Source: Aquificaceae bacterium (lineage in GTDB: Bacteria; Aquificota; Aquificia; Aquificales; Aquificaceae). Taken from it: 37,544 nucleotides of DNA. Below are positions 26,031-35,958 of this stretch, piece by piece (position 1 is the stretch's first letter; each line of letters opens with the position of its first letter). Position numbers and translations under genes: made by a program. The stretch covers positions 2,581 to 40,124 of the forward strand of contig JAXSMZ010000011.1 in NCBI GenBank assembly GCA_037924335.1, read 5' to 3'. The notes below the pieces were generated by a model. It saw nothing but the letters and a program-made list of their open reading frames with translations, ran no database searches and was not told the origin of the DNA.

Positions 26031-26073
26031 ACGAAGGAACTTACACTTCCCAAAAAGGTGGATGGTAGTTCAC
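26031..26073 (+). mobile_element. Eroded IS200/IS605-type right-end remnant
   Basis: CACTTCCCAAAAAGGTGGATGGTAGTTCAC resembles IS605/IS1341 right ends. Its TCAC overlaps the mogA stop. Confidence 0.4.
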
Positions 26074-26600
26074 TTAGGCCTGAAGGTTTTAACCTTCCTC
26101 TCATCCGTTGTGATATATGGCCCCCCTATTAGGTCTATGCAGTAGGGTATGGCAGGAAAGACAGCATCCAAGCATACTTTTATGGATTGAGGTTTGCCAG
26201 GAAGGTTAACTATAAGGGTCTTTCCTCTTATCCCAGCCGTCTGCCTTGACAGAATGGCCGTTGGAACCTGTCCTAAAGAGACTGTTCTCATGAGCTCACC
26301 AAAGCCTGGAAGTATCTTTTGACATACTCTCTCCGTAGCCTCTGGAGTCACATCCCTTGGAGCTGGACCCGTTCCGCCCGTTGTGAGTATAAGACAGCAC
26401 CCTTCAACATCAGACATATTTATCAGGGCACCCTCTATGATGTCCAGCTCGTCTGGAATTATCCTGTATACTATTTCAAAGGGAGATGTTAAAACATCTT
26501 TTATGTACTCTACTATGTACTTACCGCTTATGTCTTCGTACTCTCCCCTGCTTGCCCTGTCAGATATAGTCAGAACTCCTACCTTTGCCTTTTGCTCCAT
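26070..26600 (-). CDS. mogA: Molybdopterin adenylyltransferase
   Basis: SDRAS.G.YED.SG, TTGGTGPAPRDVTPEAT, LSRQ.AG and NLPGKP. Confidence 0.96.
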   Translation of the reverse strand: MEQKAKVGVLTISDRASRGEYEDISGKYIVEYIKDVLTSPFEIVYRIIPDELDIIEGALINMSDVEGCCLILTTGGTGPAPRDVTPEATERVCQKILPGFGELMRTVSLGQVPTAILSRQTAGIRGKTLIVNLPGKPQSIKVCLDAVFPAIPYCIDLIGGPYITTDERKVKTFRPK

Positions 26601-26756
26601 GCTTAATTAGTATACAATATCTCGTGTGAGAGATTCCTTACTTTAAAATACCAAGCACTTTGGCTATGAATTCTAAAGCACCTTGGTTCAAAAATAAGTA
26701 TACTTCAATTCATGGAACTTTCCAGTCTTTCTAGTATACTATGTTAAAATAGCCTT

Positions 26757-28070
26757 GTGGAGGACATAAAGAGTACAGTCTCAAGGTACGTGAAGGGAGA
26801 GTTTGAGTACGAGATATACGTAGAGTCGGTAGAAAGAACGCTCGTAGAAACGTCCAACGAGAAGCTTGAAAACGTATCCCAATCCAAGGAGATGGGAGTT
26901 GGTATCAGAGCTCTAAAAGGGAGTAGGATGGGCTTTGCCTACACCTCTGATATAAAAGAACAAGCTTTGAGGGAGTGTGTAGAAAGAGCTATGGAGATAT
27001 GTAACATCATGCCAAGGGATGAAGGGTTTTGTTTTAACTGCAATACCCACCTTAGCAGAGTGGAAGATAAGGAAGATGTGAACATGCCCGTTGGAGATAG
27101 GATAGAATTCTTAATATCCTTGGAGAAGCTGGCAAAGAGTATGGATAGCAGAATAAAGGGGGTTAGAAAAACGAGCTTGGAACAAAGGGTAGTTGATGTA
27201 TACTGTTATAATTCTTGCGGGCTTGAGTATTCGCACAGGTCCATTTACTATACTTCTTCCATAGCCACACTGGCAGAGCATGGAGATGACTCTTCCATAT
27301 CTTATGGGTTTAGGGGGGCAAGAAGGTTTGAAAGCTTAGGCTCTTATGATATGGTTAAAGACACGGTCTTTAAGGCAACTTCCCTTCTGAACTCTACATC
27401 TTACGAGACAAAGGTTATGCCTGTGGTCTTTTTCCGTGAAGCCTTTGCTATGCTAATTGAAACCTTTAGCTATGCTTTTTTGGGAGATGCTCTTGTAAGA
27501 AACAAGACCCCCTTGAAAGATAAAGTGGGAGAGCCTGTAGCCTCACATGTGGTTAGCCTGATAGACAATGCAACGCTGGAAGGAGGTTTTATGAGCCATC
27601 CTTACGACGCCGATGGGGCAAAAACTAGGAAGAATACGATCATAGATAGGGGTTTGTTTCGTAGTTTTCTTCATAGCCTATATACCTCTAAAAAGCTCAA
27701 AGAGGACCAGACAGGAAACTCTGTAAGAAGTAGTTACAAAAACACACCCACATCTGGAATAACTAATTTGTATATTGAGAAAGGTAGCGTGGGGCTTGAA
27801 GAGATGATAAGGGCTTACGATGAAGTTCTTCTTGTTCTAGACCTTATGGGCTTACATACATCAGACCCCATATCCGGTGATTTTTCTCTTGGTGCCTCTG
27901 GTATAATTTACAAAGGAGGAAAGGAGAAAAAAAGTGTGAGGGGTATTACTATAAGCGGCAATGTATGGGATGTTTTTAAAAATATCGTTAGCGTGGGGAA
28001 AGACCTGACCTTTTATGCCAACGTAGGGTCTCCATCCATAATGGTGGAGAGATTAACAGTGGGGGCTTAG
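26757..28070 (+). CDS. pmbA: TldE/PmbA family protein
   Basis: G.GIR....RMGFAYT, PYD.DG, SGDFS.GA.G and SPSI. Lacks the HExxxH of TldD. Confidence 0.92.
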   Translation: MEDIKSTVSRYVKGEFEYEIYVESVERTLVETSNEKLENVSQSKEMGVGIRALKGSRMGFAYTSDIKEQALRECVERAMEICNIMPRDEGFCFNCNTHLSRVEDKEDVNMPVGDRIEFLISLEKLAKSMDSRIKGVRKTSLEQRVVDVYCYNSCGLEYSHRSIYYTSSIATLAEHGDDSSISYGFRGARRFESLGSYDMVKDTVFKATSLLNSTSYETKVMPVVFFREAFAMLIETFSYAFLGDALVRNKTPLKDKVGEPVASHVVSLIDNATLEGGFMSHPYDADGAKTRKNTIIDRGLFRSFLHSLYTSKKLKEDQTGNSVRSSYKNTPTSGITNLYIEKGSVGLEEMIRAYDEVLLVLDLMGLHTSDPISGDFSLGASGIIYKGGKEKKSVRGITISGNVWDVFKNIVSVGKDLTFYANVGSPSIMVERLTVGA

Positions 28071-28071
28071 C

Positions 28072-28665
28072 ATGAAAAAGGTTTTGGGGCTTGCGTTTTC
28101 TTTGCTCGGTTTGTTTTTGTTGCTTGTCGGACTTTATGCATCCCTTGATGTTTATATAAATAAAAGACAAGCCAGGATCAACAAAAACATAGCTAAGTTC
28201 ATAGTGGATATACACAGCAGAGCTCCTTCTTCCAAACTTCCTTATTCTGAAGACTCTTTGATAATATTAAAAACAGAGGATGGAAGGGTTATAACTACGG
28301 AAAATGCATTTAAACCTATGGACCCAAACCTTTACTCTTCAAGTTTGTACAAAGATAGTAAAGGTAACGAAGTTTACATATACACAAAAGAACCAACCCT
28401 TGGAAACTACCTCTATTTTCTCTTTGAAGAACCATTCTCATCGGGCATAATGATATCTGGAGTCGTTATTTTCGCTACAGGAATTTTTCTTCTGTACATA
28501 CTCAGCAGAGGAGAGCAGGGTATAAGGTCTGTGGATGAATCTATGCTCAACAGTCTAAAGGCTTTAAGGGTCATGTTGGCCACCTCAAAAGTGCTACCCG
28601 AAAGCTTAGAGAGAGCAAAAAGTACGCTTGATATTATACTTAAAAAGTATGGAGGTAAAACATGA
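28072..28665 (+). CDS. Two-TM membrane protein of unknown function
   Basis: Two hydrophobic helices flanking a periplasmic-sized loop. Translationally coupled to its neighbours. Confidence 0.8.
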   Translation: MKKVLGLAFSLLGLFLLLVGLYASLDVYINKRQARINKNIAKFIVDIHSRAPSSKLPYSEDSLIILKTEDGRVITTENAFKPMDPNLYSSSLYKDSKGNEVYIYTKEPTLGNYLYFLFEEPFSSGIMISGVVIFATGIFLLYILSRGEQGIRSVDESMLNSLKALRVMLATSKVLPESLERAKSTLDIILKKYGGKT

Positions 28666-29888
28666 AGATACTGCTTGTTTCCTTTGATAAGACCTTAGTA
28701 AAGAAGATAAAAGAAGTACTAAAAGAGTACGAAGTTGTAGATGTAAAGAATGGGGAAGAAGCTATAAACACCGTATCACCCAATGTTGACTTGGTGATCT
28801 ACGATGCCATATCAGGCAGCATATCGGAAGAGGACATTAACAACATGTATCAAAAAAAGTTTAAAGACGCTAAGTACATAATTCTGGTCGATGAGCTCTT
28901 TCCAGTTGATATGGCAAACATAAAGGTTGAAAAGAAGGTAAAGCTCATAAGAGATGAAGCAGTCCATAAGATAAAACAGGCCATCATAGAGGAACCCACA
29001 GTAGAGGAAATGCCCGCTCTGGGAAGCTTTCAGCTTGAAACTCCGTACATTGAAACACATTACCAGGAGGAAAAGCCTGCTCCCATGGCTCAAGGGACAA
29101 AAGTCCTGGTGGTTTCTTTTGACAATAACCTTATAGACAAAATAAGGATGGCATTGGGTAATGAGTATGACTTGATCATAACCAAGAACGCCAAAGAGGC
29201 AATGGAAAAGGCAAAGGATGCTTCGGTGATCATCTACGACACCATATCTGGGATGATCGCTCAAAAGGCACTCTCAGATATGGCCACTAAGGAAGAGACA
29301 TCCGAAAAACCTTACGTGATCCTCTTAGATGACCTGTTTGCCATTGATGTAGACAAAATACCCTTAAGAAACAAATACTCTTTTTCGAGGGAGGCTGAGC
29401 TTGCAAGAGCCATGGAGAAGGTTAAAGAGCTATCTGAGAAACCACAAGCCATTGAGGCTCCGATTGTAGAGATGTCTACCTTTGAACCAATTACGGAGCA
29501 AAAAGTTGAAGAACCGTCGGGAGAGGTCTTGGAACTCTTAGATGAGCTTTTAAAGGAAAAAGAGGAGACTAAAGAGGAACTACCTTCAGAGGTTGAACCA
29601 ACAGTTCAAGAAATTCCAACTGAAAAGATGCCTGCAGAGGAGCTCAGTTTTGAGATTAAACCCATTATAGAGAAAAAGGTAGCGGACAGTATAAAGGAGG
29701 TTCTTTCTCAAAAACTAATTGAGGATGCTCTTTTAGAAAGCTTAAAGGGTATACCCATCCTTCAAACCGTTGAAAAGACCATAAAGGAAGAGATATCAAA
29801 ACAGTTATCTTTGATAGACATAAACTCTATAATAAGGGAGGAGGTTTCCAGGATACTTAACGAAAGGTTGAGAGAGCTGATCACTTAA
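28662..29888 (+). CDS. Protein with two atypical receiver-like domains and an acidic linker
   Basis: Internal duplication KILLVSFD…VIYD / KVLVVSFD…IIYD, Glu/Pro-rich linker, helical C-terminus and GGAGG RBS. Confidence 0.8.
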   Translation: MKILLVSFDKTLVKKIKEVLKEYEVVDVKNGEEAINTVSPNVDLVIYDAISGSISEEDINNMYQKKFKDAKYIILVDELFPVDMANIKVEKKVKLIRDEAVHKIKQAIIEEPTVEEMPALGSFQLETPYIETHYQEEKPAPMAQGTKVLVVSFDNNLIDKIRMALGNEYDLIITKNAKEAMEKAKDASVIIYDTISGMIAQKALSDMATKEETSEKPYVILLDDLFAIDVDKIPLRNKYSFSREAELARAMEKVKELSEKPQAIEAPIVEMSTFEPITEQKVEEPSGEVLELLDELLKEKEETKEELPSEVEPTVQEIPTEKMPAEELSFEIKPIIEKKVADSIKEVLSQKLIEDALLESLKGIPILQTVEKTIKEEISKQLSLIDINSIIREEVSRILNERLRELIT

Positions 29889-31635
29889 CGTATAGCATCT
29901 CGCTCCTGTACCATCCCCATACAGTAGGAAAAAAGTTTTCAAACTTGGGATAAGCGGATAACATGCTCTTAGGTGTAGTTATGAATACCATTGGTTGCTC
30001 GTATGTTATAATTCGGAAAGCTTCCTTGTAAAGTAAGACCCTTTTGTTAGAGTCCCTCTCTTTTGCTCCGTTGTCAAAAAATCTGTCAACCTCTTCCTCC
30101 CAATGGGTGGAAGGTTTTTCTTGCATTGGATTCCATATATGGAGTGTTCCGGAGGAATGCCATACGTTCCTTCCAAAATGTGGGTCCATAGAGCCAGTAA
30201 GTCCAAGAAGCACGGCTTCCCATTCGTAGGGTGGGGAAGAGACCTTCGATACGAGCGTGTTAAAATCTATAGGTCTGAATATAACACTCACGCCTATCTT
30301 TTCTAAGTCTTCTTTTATTATGTTCCCAATGGTCTCCCTCTCTTTGTTGCCCGCATTGGTAAGAAGAACTATCTCAAGCTTGTGTCCTTCCTTGTCTTCC
30401 AGCACACCATCCTTATCCCTGTCTTTAAAGCCTATACTCTCAAGCAGTTCTTTGGCTTTTTCCAAGTTATAATCATACTTAGGATAATAACGTTCGTCGT
30501 AGTAGGGCCTGTTGGCTGGAGTTATGGGCGTGTAAAGAGGCTCTGCCAAGCCATTGTAAACTAAATAGCATATACCTTCTCTGTCTATTGCGTGCGATAT
30601 GGCTACTCTGAATGTCCTTTTTTGAAACCATTTTACCTTGTAAGATAGTATCTTTGCCCTTGGGTTCTGATTAAAAACTAAAAAAGTGGTAGAAGGTGTG
30701 GGTCCAAGGTCATAGACCTGTGCAGACCTTATCTTTGAAAGAAACATAAGGTCCTGTGGTCTTACACCTATAAAGTCCACGCTTTTTGTGGAGAACTTCA
30801 AAAGCGCCGTGTCTGGGTCTTGGACTATCATCCCCACAAGCTCCTTTATGTAAGGTAAGGGTCTTCCTTCCTTGTCTTTTTCGTAGTAATAGGGGTTGGC
30901 TTTGAACTCTACAAGCTGGCCTTTTATGTACCTCTTTATTGTATAAGGACCAGTTCCCACTATTTCCTTTGGGTCTGTGTTTACGTTCCAAGCAGTTGGA
31001 AAGTTTCCTTCTCTGACGTACTTGTAGAGTTTATGCTTTGGTAAAACTGGGGCTGAAAGAACGTTGAGAAAGGGAGCAAAGGAAGATGGAAGTCTAAACT
31101 CTACAGTGCCATCATCTACCTTTTTTACAAAATTGTTTATCTCCTCCTCTGTCCTCAACAGACCCCTCAGCATATCTGCAGTGGAATTCGGTATATCTTT
31201 ATTTAAGTACAGCTCTCTGTATGTGAAAACTATATCATCAGCAGTTAAGGGTTTACCATCGCTCCATCTTACGCCTTTTTTGAGATAGAACACATACCTT
31301 TTGCCACCATCGTACTCTTTCCATCCTTCTGCCAAGTCCGGAACTGGCCTCATAGTCTTTACATCTACCTTTGTCAATCCAGTAAAGAGATAATCTAAAA
31401 CAGCCGTGGATGTTGTCTCTTGGGCAACGACTGGGTTAAATGTCTTTGGGTCACCGTTCAGTATAAAGTACATGCTTCCTCCTTCCTTACCCGTCTTTGC
31501 TTCAAACTCTGAGGGATTCAGCCTTATGAGCCTGACGCTTCCAGCCGGAGGGGATGAAGAGAGATAAAAGGGTAAAAAGGCTCCCAACACAAAGAGTATA
31601 GCAAGGACAACTCCCATCATTCTAAATATTATCAT
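29881..31635 (-). CDS. ABC transporter substrate-binding protein, peptide/nickel family 5
   Basis: DPKTFNP, PDLAE.W, WSDG.PLTADD, VGTGPY and FR.AIS.AIDR. Confidence 0.93.
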   Translation of the reverse strand: MIIFRMMGVVLAILFVLGAFLPFYLSSSPPAGSVRLIRLNPSEFEAKTGKEGGSMYFILNGDPKTFNPVVAQETTSTAVLDYLFTGLTKVDVKTMRPVPDLAEGWKEYDGGKRYVFYLKKGVRWSDGKPLTADDIVFTYRELYLNKDIPNSTADMLRGLLRTEEEINNFVKKVDDGTVEFRLPSSFAPFLNVLSAPVLPKHKLYKYVREGNFPTAWNVNTDPKEIVGTGPYTIKRYIKGQLVEFKANPYYYEKDKEGRPLPYIKELVGMIVQDPDTALLKFSTKSVDFIGVRPQDLMFLSKIRSAQVYDLGPTPSTTFLVFNQNPRAKILSYKVKWFQKRTFRVAISHAIDREGICYLVYNGLAEPLYTPITPANRPYYDERYYPKYDYNLEKAKELLESIGFKDRDKDGVLEDKEGHKLEIVLLTNAGNKERETIGNIIKEDLEKIGVSVIFRPIDFNTLVSKVSSPPYEWEAVLLGLTGSMDPHFGRNVWHSSGTLHIWNPMQEKPSTHWEEEVDRFFDNGAKERDSNKRVLLYKEAFRIITYEQPMVFITTPKSMLSAYPKFENFFPTVWGWYRSEMLYVK

Positions 31636-31730
31636 ATGATCTTGATCTTTTCTCTTACCTATTGTTTTTATAGTTTTTAATCGTATATTATTAATAACTT
31701 AACACTTTAGGTCGTTATAAGGAGGATAGC

Positions 31731-33554
31731 ATGACCTTTGATTTGACTGTTAAGATTGGTGGTGAAGGCGGAGAAGGTGTCATTTCTGCCGGTGATTTTT
31801 TGACCGAAGCCGCTGCAAGAGCTGGTTATTATGTGGTTAATTTTAAAAGCTTTCCTGCCGAGATAAAAGGCGGCTACGCTCAGTCAACGGTTAGAGTTTC
31901 AGACAAAAAACTTTATACAACGGGCGATAGCTTTGACATTCTATGCTGTTTCAATGGAGAAGCTTACGAATTCAACAAAAAACATCTAAAACCTGGTACA
32001 GTCCTTGTTTACGACTCTTCCGATTTTGAACCAGAGGAACACGATGGTGTAATGATTTACCCAGTTCCCCTATCCTACTTGGCAAAGGACGTTATGAAGG
32101 CATACATAACAAAGAACGTAATAGCTCTTGGTGTTCTGTGCGAGCTTTTCCGTATACCGGTACAATCAATAAAGGACTCTATAAAGGCTAAGTTTATAAG
32201 AAAGGGTGAGCAGGTTGTGGATTTAAACTACAAGGCAATTGAGTTAGGGGTGAATTATGTTAGAGAGAACCTAAAAAAGGTCGATGAGTACCTGTTCCCA
32301 CCTCCAGGAGAGCCAAAAAATGTGGTCATAATGGAGGGGAACCAAGCAGTGGCAAAGGGTGCCGTGGTTGCAGGTTGCAAGTTCTATGCGGCCTATCCCA
32401 TAACACCAGCGACAACAGTTGGAAATTACATAGTTGAAGACATAATAAGAGCTGGTGGATGGCTCTATCAGGCTGAGGATGAGATAGCATCTTTGGGGAT
32501 GGCTCTTGGTGCTTCCTTTGCTGGTGTAAAAGCTATGACTTCAACTTCTGGACCTGGGCTATGTCTCATGACAGAGTTCCTTTCCTATGCTGGGATGACA
32601 GAGCTTCCGGTGGTCATAGTGGATGTTCAGAGAGCTGGACCAGCAACTGGCATGCCAACAAAGCATGAGCAAGGGGATCTATACCATGCTATCTACTCTG
32701 GCCATGGAGAAATACCAAGAGCGGTTCTTGCTCCAACAAACGTTGAGGAGAGCTTTTATCTAACGGTAGAAGCTTTTAACCTTGCAGAAAAGTATCAGAT
32801 ACCAGTTATAGTTTTGACGGATGCATCCCTTTCTCTCAGAGCGGAAGCTTTCCCAACGCCAGCAGTTAAGGACATAAAAGTGATAGACAGGTGGGTTTAC
32901 AGGGCAGAAGAGGACCCAGAGGGCACGTTCAGAAGGGCTGGAAGGTTCCTAAGGTACTCTCTATCTACGGAGGATGGAATAACACCCATGGGTATACCGG
33001 GAGACCCAAAGGCCATACATGCCATAACGGGGCTTGAAAGGCAGGAGAACTCAGATCCAAGGAACAGGCCAGACATAAGGACTTGGCAGATGGAGAAAAG
33101 GTTCAGAAAGGTCAAAAAGCTTCTTGAAGAGGATGCAGAGAGGTTTTATGAGATGGATGCTCCCTTTGAGAGATCCTACATAGGAGTCATCGCATGGGGT
33201 CTTACGGCATCAGCTACAAAGGAAGCTGTAGAAAGGCTCAGGAGCAAAGGTAAAAGGATAAATGCTCTGTATCCTAAGCTTCTTTGGCCTCTAAAGGTTT
33301 CCGTTGTACAGGATTTCGCAAAGAGGTGTGAAAGAATAGTTATACCAGAGAGCAACTGGAGCGGTCAGTTGGCAACCCTTCTTAAGGCAGAAGCTAACGT
33401 TAGGCCAATAAGCTACTGCGTATACAGGGGTGAGCCTTTTATACCAAAGGAGATAGAGGAGTTTATCGAATATGTTCTTGAGAATCCAAGCCTTGAAGAG
33501 GGAGTGTTAACACCGTCAGACCTTTACGGTGAGAAAGCTTATGGATTAATATGA
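31731..33554 (+). CDS. korA: 2-oxoglutarate:ferredoxin oxidoreductase alpha subunit
   Basis: GGEGGEG, AEIKGG, YPITP, QAEDE, TSGPG and QR.GP.TGMPT. AAGGAGG RBS. Confidence 0.92.
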   Translation: MTFDLTVKIGGEGGEGVISAGDFLTEAAARAGYYVVNFKSFPAEIKGGYAQSTVRVSDKKLYTTGDSFDILCCFNGEAYEFNKKHLKPGTVLVYDSSDFEPEEHDGVMIYPVPLSYLAKDVMKAYITKNVIALGVLCELFRIPVQSIKDSIKAKFIRKGEQVVDLNYKAIELGVNYVRENLKKVDEYLFPPPGEPKNVVIMEGNQAVAKGAVVAGCKFYAAYPITPATTVGNYIVEDIIRAGGWLYQAEDEIASLGMALGASFAGVKAMTSTSGPGLCLMTEFLSYAGMTELPVVIVDVQRAGPATGMPTKHEQGDLYHAIYSGHGEIPRAVLAPTNVEESFYLTVEAFNLAEKYQIPVIVLTDASLSLRAEAFPTPAVKDIKVIDRWVYRAEEDPEGTFRRAGRFLRYSLSTEDGITPMGIPGDPKAIHAITGLERQENSDPRNRPDIRTWQMEKRFRKVKKLLEEDAERFYEMDAPFERSYIGVIAWGLTASATKEAVERLRSKGKRINALYPKLLWPLKVSVVQDFAKRCERIVIPESNWSGQLATLLKAEANVRPISYCVYRGEPFIPKEIEEFIEYVLENPSLEEGVLTPSDLYGEKAYGLI

Positions 33555-33567
33555 AAGGAGGTAAAAG

Positions 33568-34455
33568 ATGGTAGAACTTCAGCTAAAACCGGCAGATTAC
33601 AAAAGCGATGTGGAACCGACATGGTGTTCAGGTTGCGGAGACTTTGGCGTTGTGGCAGCCTTGACAAGAACCTTCTCAGAGCTTGGTCTCAAACCTGAGA
33701 ACATAGTTTCTGTTTCTGGAATAGGATGTTCCTCAAGACTTCCCCTCTTTGTGAAAAATTACTCCGTTCATACTCTTCATGGAAGGGCCATACCGGTTGC
33801 GATAGGTATTAAGTTAGCAAGGCCAGACTTAACAGTTATAGTGGAGACTGGAGATGGGGACATGTTTTCCATAGGCGCTGGGCACAATCCCCATGCTGCA
33901 AGGAGGAACATAGACATAACCGTCATCTGTATGGACAATCAGGTGTATGGTCTTACAAAGAACCAAGTTTCCCCCACTTCAAGGGAAGGGCTTTACGGTT
34001 CTTTAACACCCTACGGTTCTATAGACAGACCAGTAAACCCAGTAGCAACGATGCTATCTTACGGTGCCACATTTGTAGCACAGACCTATGCAGGAAACTT
34101 AAAGCATATGACAGATACCATAAAAAAGGCTATACAGCATAAAGGCTTTTCCTTCGTAAACGTGATATCTCCCTGCCCAACCTTTAACAAGGTGGACACT
34201 TTCCAGTATTACAAAGGGAAGGTAAAGGATATAAACGAACAAGGGCATGACCCATCTGATTACAGAAAAGCTCTTGATCTGGCCTTTCATGATTTGGACC
34301 ATTACTACGACCCAAACGCACCCGTACCCATAGGTGTGTTCTACTCCTCCCAAACGGAAACTTACGATGATAGGATGATGTCTGTGAAGAAGAGATACAA
34401 ACAAGTAGAAGACCTGCAGAGCTTTGTAGACGCTTGCAAGCCAAAAGCAATATGA
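33568..34455 (+). CDS. korB: 2-oxoglutarate:ferredoxin oxidoreductase beta subunit
   Basis: WCSGCG, SGIGCS, LHGR, GDGD…N..YGLTK and SPC.TFN. Confidence 0.92.
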   Translation: MVELQLKPADYKSDVEPTWCSGCGDFGVVAALTRTFSELGLKPENIVSVSGIGCSSRLPLFVKNYSVHTLHGRAIPVAIGIKLARPDLTVIVETGDGDMFSIGAGHNPHAARRNIDITVICMDNQVYGLTKNQVSPTSREGLYGSLTPYGSIDRPVNPVATMLSYGATFVAQTYAGNLKHMTDTIKKAIQHKGFSFVNVISPCPTFNKVDTFQYYKGKVKDINEQGHDPSDYRKALDLAFHDLDHYYDPNAPVPIGVFYSSQTETYDDRMMSVKKRYKQVEDLQSFVDACKPKAI

Positions 34456-35030
34456 ACTATGAAGATTTAGACCTTTCCTTTAAAGATTTTTTTGGAGAGA
34501 GCTTTGATACTACAAGCTTTATGGGCTCTACTCTAACCTGTGCAAGGTTCGTTGAATGCTCCTTCCTTAACGTGGATTTCTCCAACGCCTTTCTTGGAGA
34601 GGCTATATTTGAAAACTGTACCATTGAAAGAGGCAGTTTTAATAATACCAACTTACAAAGGGCTAAGTTCAAAGGTACTATCATCAAGTCATCCGTATTC
34701 TCCGGATCCTTCCTCGGTCAGGCTCTCTTCGAAAGATGCACCATTGGAAATACAGACTTTTCTAACTGTCAACTTCCGGACGTTCAGTTCCTCTCCTCTT
34801 CCCTTCTCTCCATATCCTTTAGAGACTCTTATGCAAAAGGATCAAGTTTTGAGTTATCAAGTCTTGAAGATATAGATTTCAATAACGCAGACTTAAGGAA
34901 AGTCTCCTTTAGGGATACGAGATTTCTAAACATACTTGACGATGGTGTGCTCTTCTACGGTAAAAAACCCTGGGATGGTAAATCTACAAATCGATCGTGG
35001 AATGAGTTTGAAAGTCATGGGATTGACTGA
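34452..35030 (+). CDS. Pentapeptide repeat protein
   Basis: Five-residue periodicity (ARFVE CSFLN VDFSN AFLGE AIFEN). ATGA overlap with the korB stop. Confidence 0.9.
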   Translation: MNYEDLDLSFKDFFGESFDTTSFMGSTLTCARFVECSFLNVDFSNAFLGEAIFENCTIERGSFNNTNLQRAKFKGTIIKSSVFSGSFLGQALFERCTIGNTDFSNCQLPDVQFLSSSLLSISFRDSYAKGSSFELSSLEDIDFNNADLRKVSFRDTRFLNILDDGVLFYGKKPWDGKSTNRSWNEFESHGID

Positions 35031-35100
35031 GGCTGTGTATAAAAAAAAATCTAAAACACCCTAACGGATAAAGTTGGCAAGAATGGTATAATTTATCTCG

Positions 35101-35955
35101 ATGGAACAGGTCAGCCCAATAGTATACTTCCTTAACTACATTTGGGTTTTCCTCATCATTCTCTTTGTGATCCTTCCCGTATGGAGAAAATTCATACTCA
35201 GTAAGGCAAGAGAGGCTATTATAAGAAGGTTAGAAAGGCAGAGAAACAGCAGGGTAATAACTCTCATACACAGACAAGAAAGCTTAGCCCTTTTAGGCAT
35301 TCCCATATTTAGGTTTATAAACATAGAAGATTCTGAGCAGGTCCTTAGAGCTATAAGGATGACACCGGAAGATATGCCCATAGACCTAATAGTTCATACT
35401 CCAGGAGGTTTAGCCCTTGCAGCCACACAGATAGCCAACGCCCTTTCGAGACATAAAGCACCAGTAAGGGTGATAATTCCCCATTATGCTATGTCTGGTG
35501 GAACCCTTATAGCACTTGCCGCCGATGAGATCATTATGGATCCCAACGCTGTTCTTGGCCCAGTTGACCCACAACTTGGACAGATGCCAGCATCTTCCAT
35601 TATTAAAGTGCTTGAAACTAAAAAGCCAGAAGATATAGACGACCAGACGATCATTCTTGCTGATGTGGCAAAGAAGGCAATAAACCAGATGATAGAGTAC
35701 TTGGTAAATCTACTGATGAGCAATGGGGTGAAAGAAGAAAAAGCAAGGACCATAGCAATGGAGCTGTCTACGGGCAAATACACGCACGACTATCCCTTGA
35801 GCGTTGAGAGATTAAAAAGCTTAGGACTCAACATAAGTACAGAAGTGCCTGAGGATGTTTACGCACTTATGGAACTTTTCCCACAGCCTATGGGGTCTCA
35901 AGTACCATCTGTCCAGTATATACCAGTGCCCTACAGAACGCATGGAGGTAAATAA
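35101..35955 (+). CDS. SDH-family Clp-fold serine protease (DUF114-like)
   Basis: N-terminal TM helix, HTPGG, AMSGGT, LGPVDPQ and THDYP. Confidence 0.9.
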   Translation: MEQVSPIVYFLNYIWVFLIILFVILPVWRKFILSKAREAIIRRLERQRNSRVITLIHRQESLALLGIPIFRFINIEDSEQVLRAIRMTPEDMPIDLIVHTPGGLALAATQIANALSRHKAPVRVIIPHYAMSGGTLIALAADEIIMDPNAVLGPVDPQLGQMPASSIIKVLETKKPEDIDDQTIILADVAKKAINQMIEYLVNLLMSNGVKEEKARTIAMELSTGKYTHDYPLSVERLKSLGLNISTEVPEDVYALMELFPQPMGSQVPSVQYIPVPYRTHGGK

Positions 35956-35958
35956 GTT

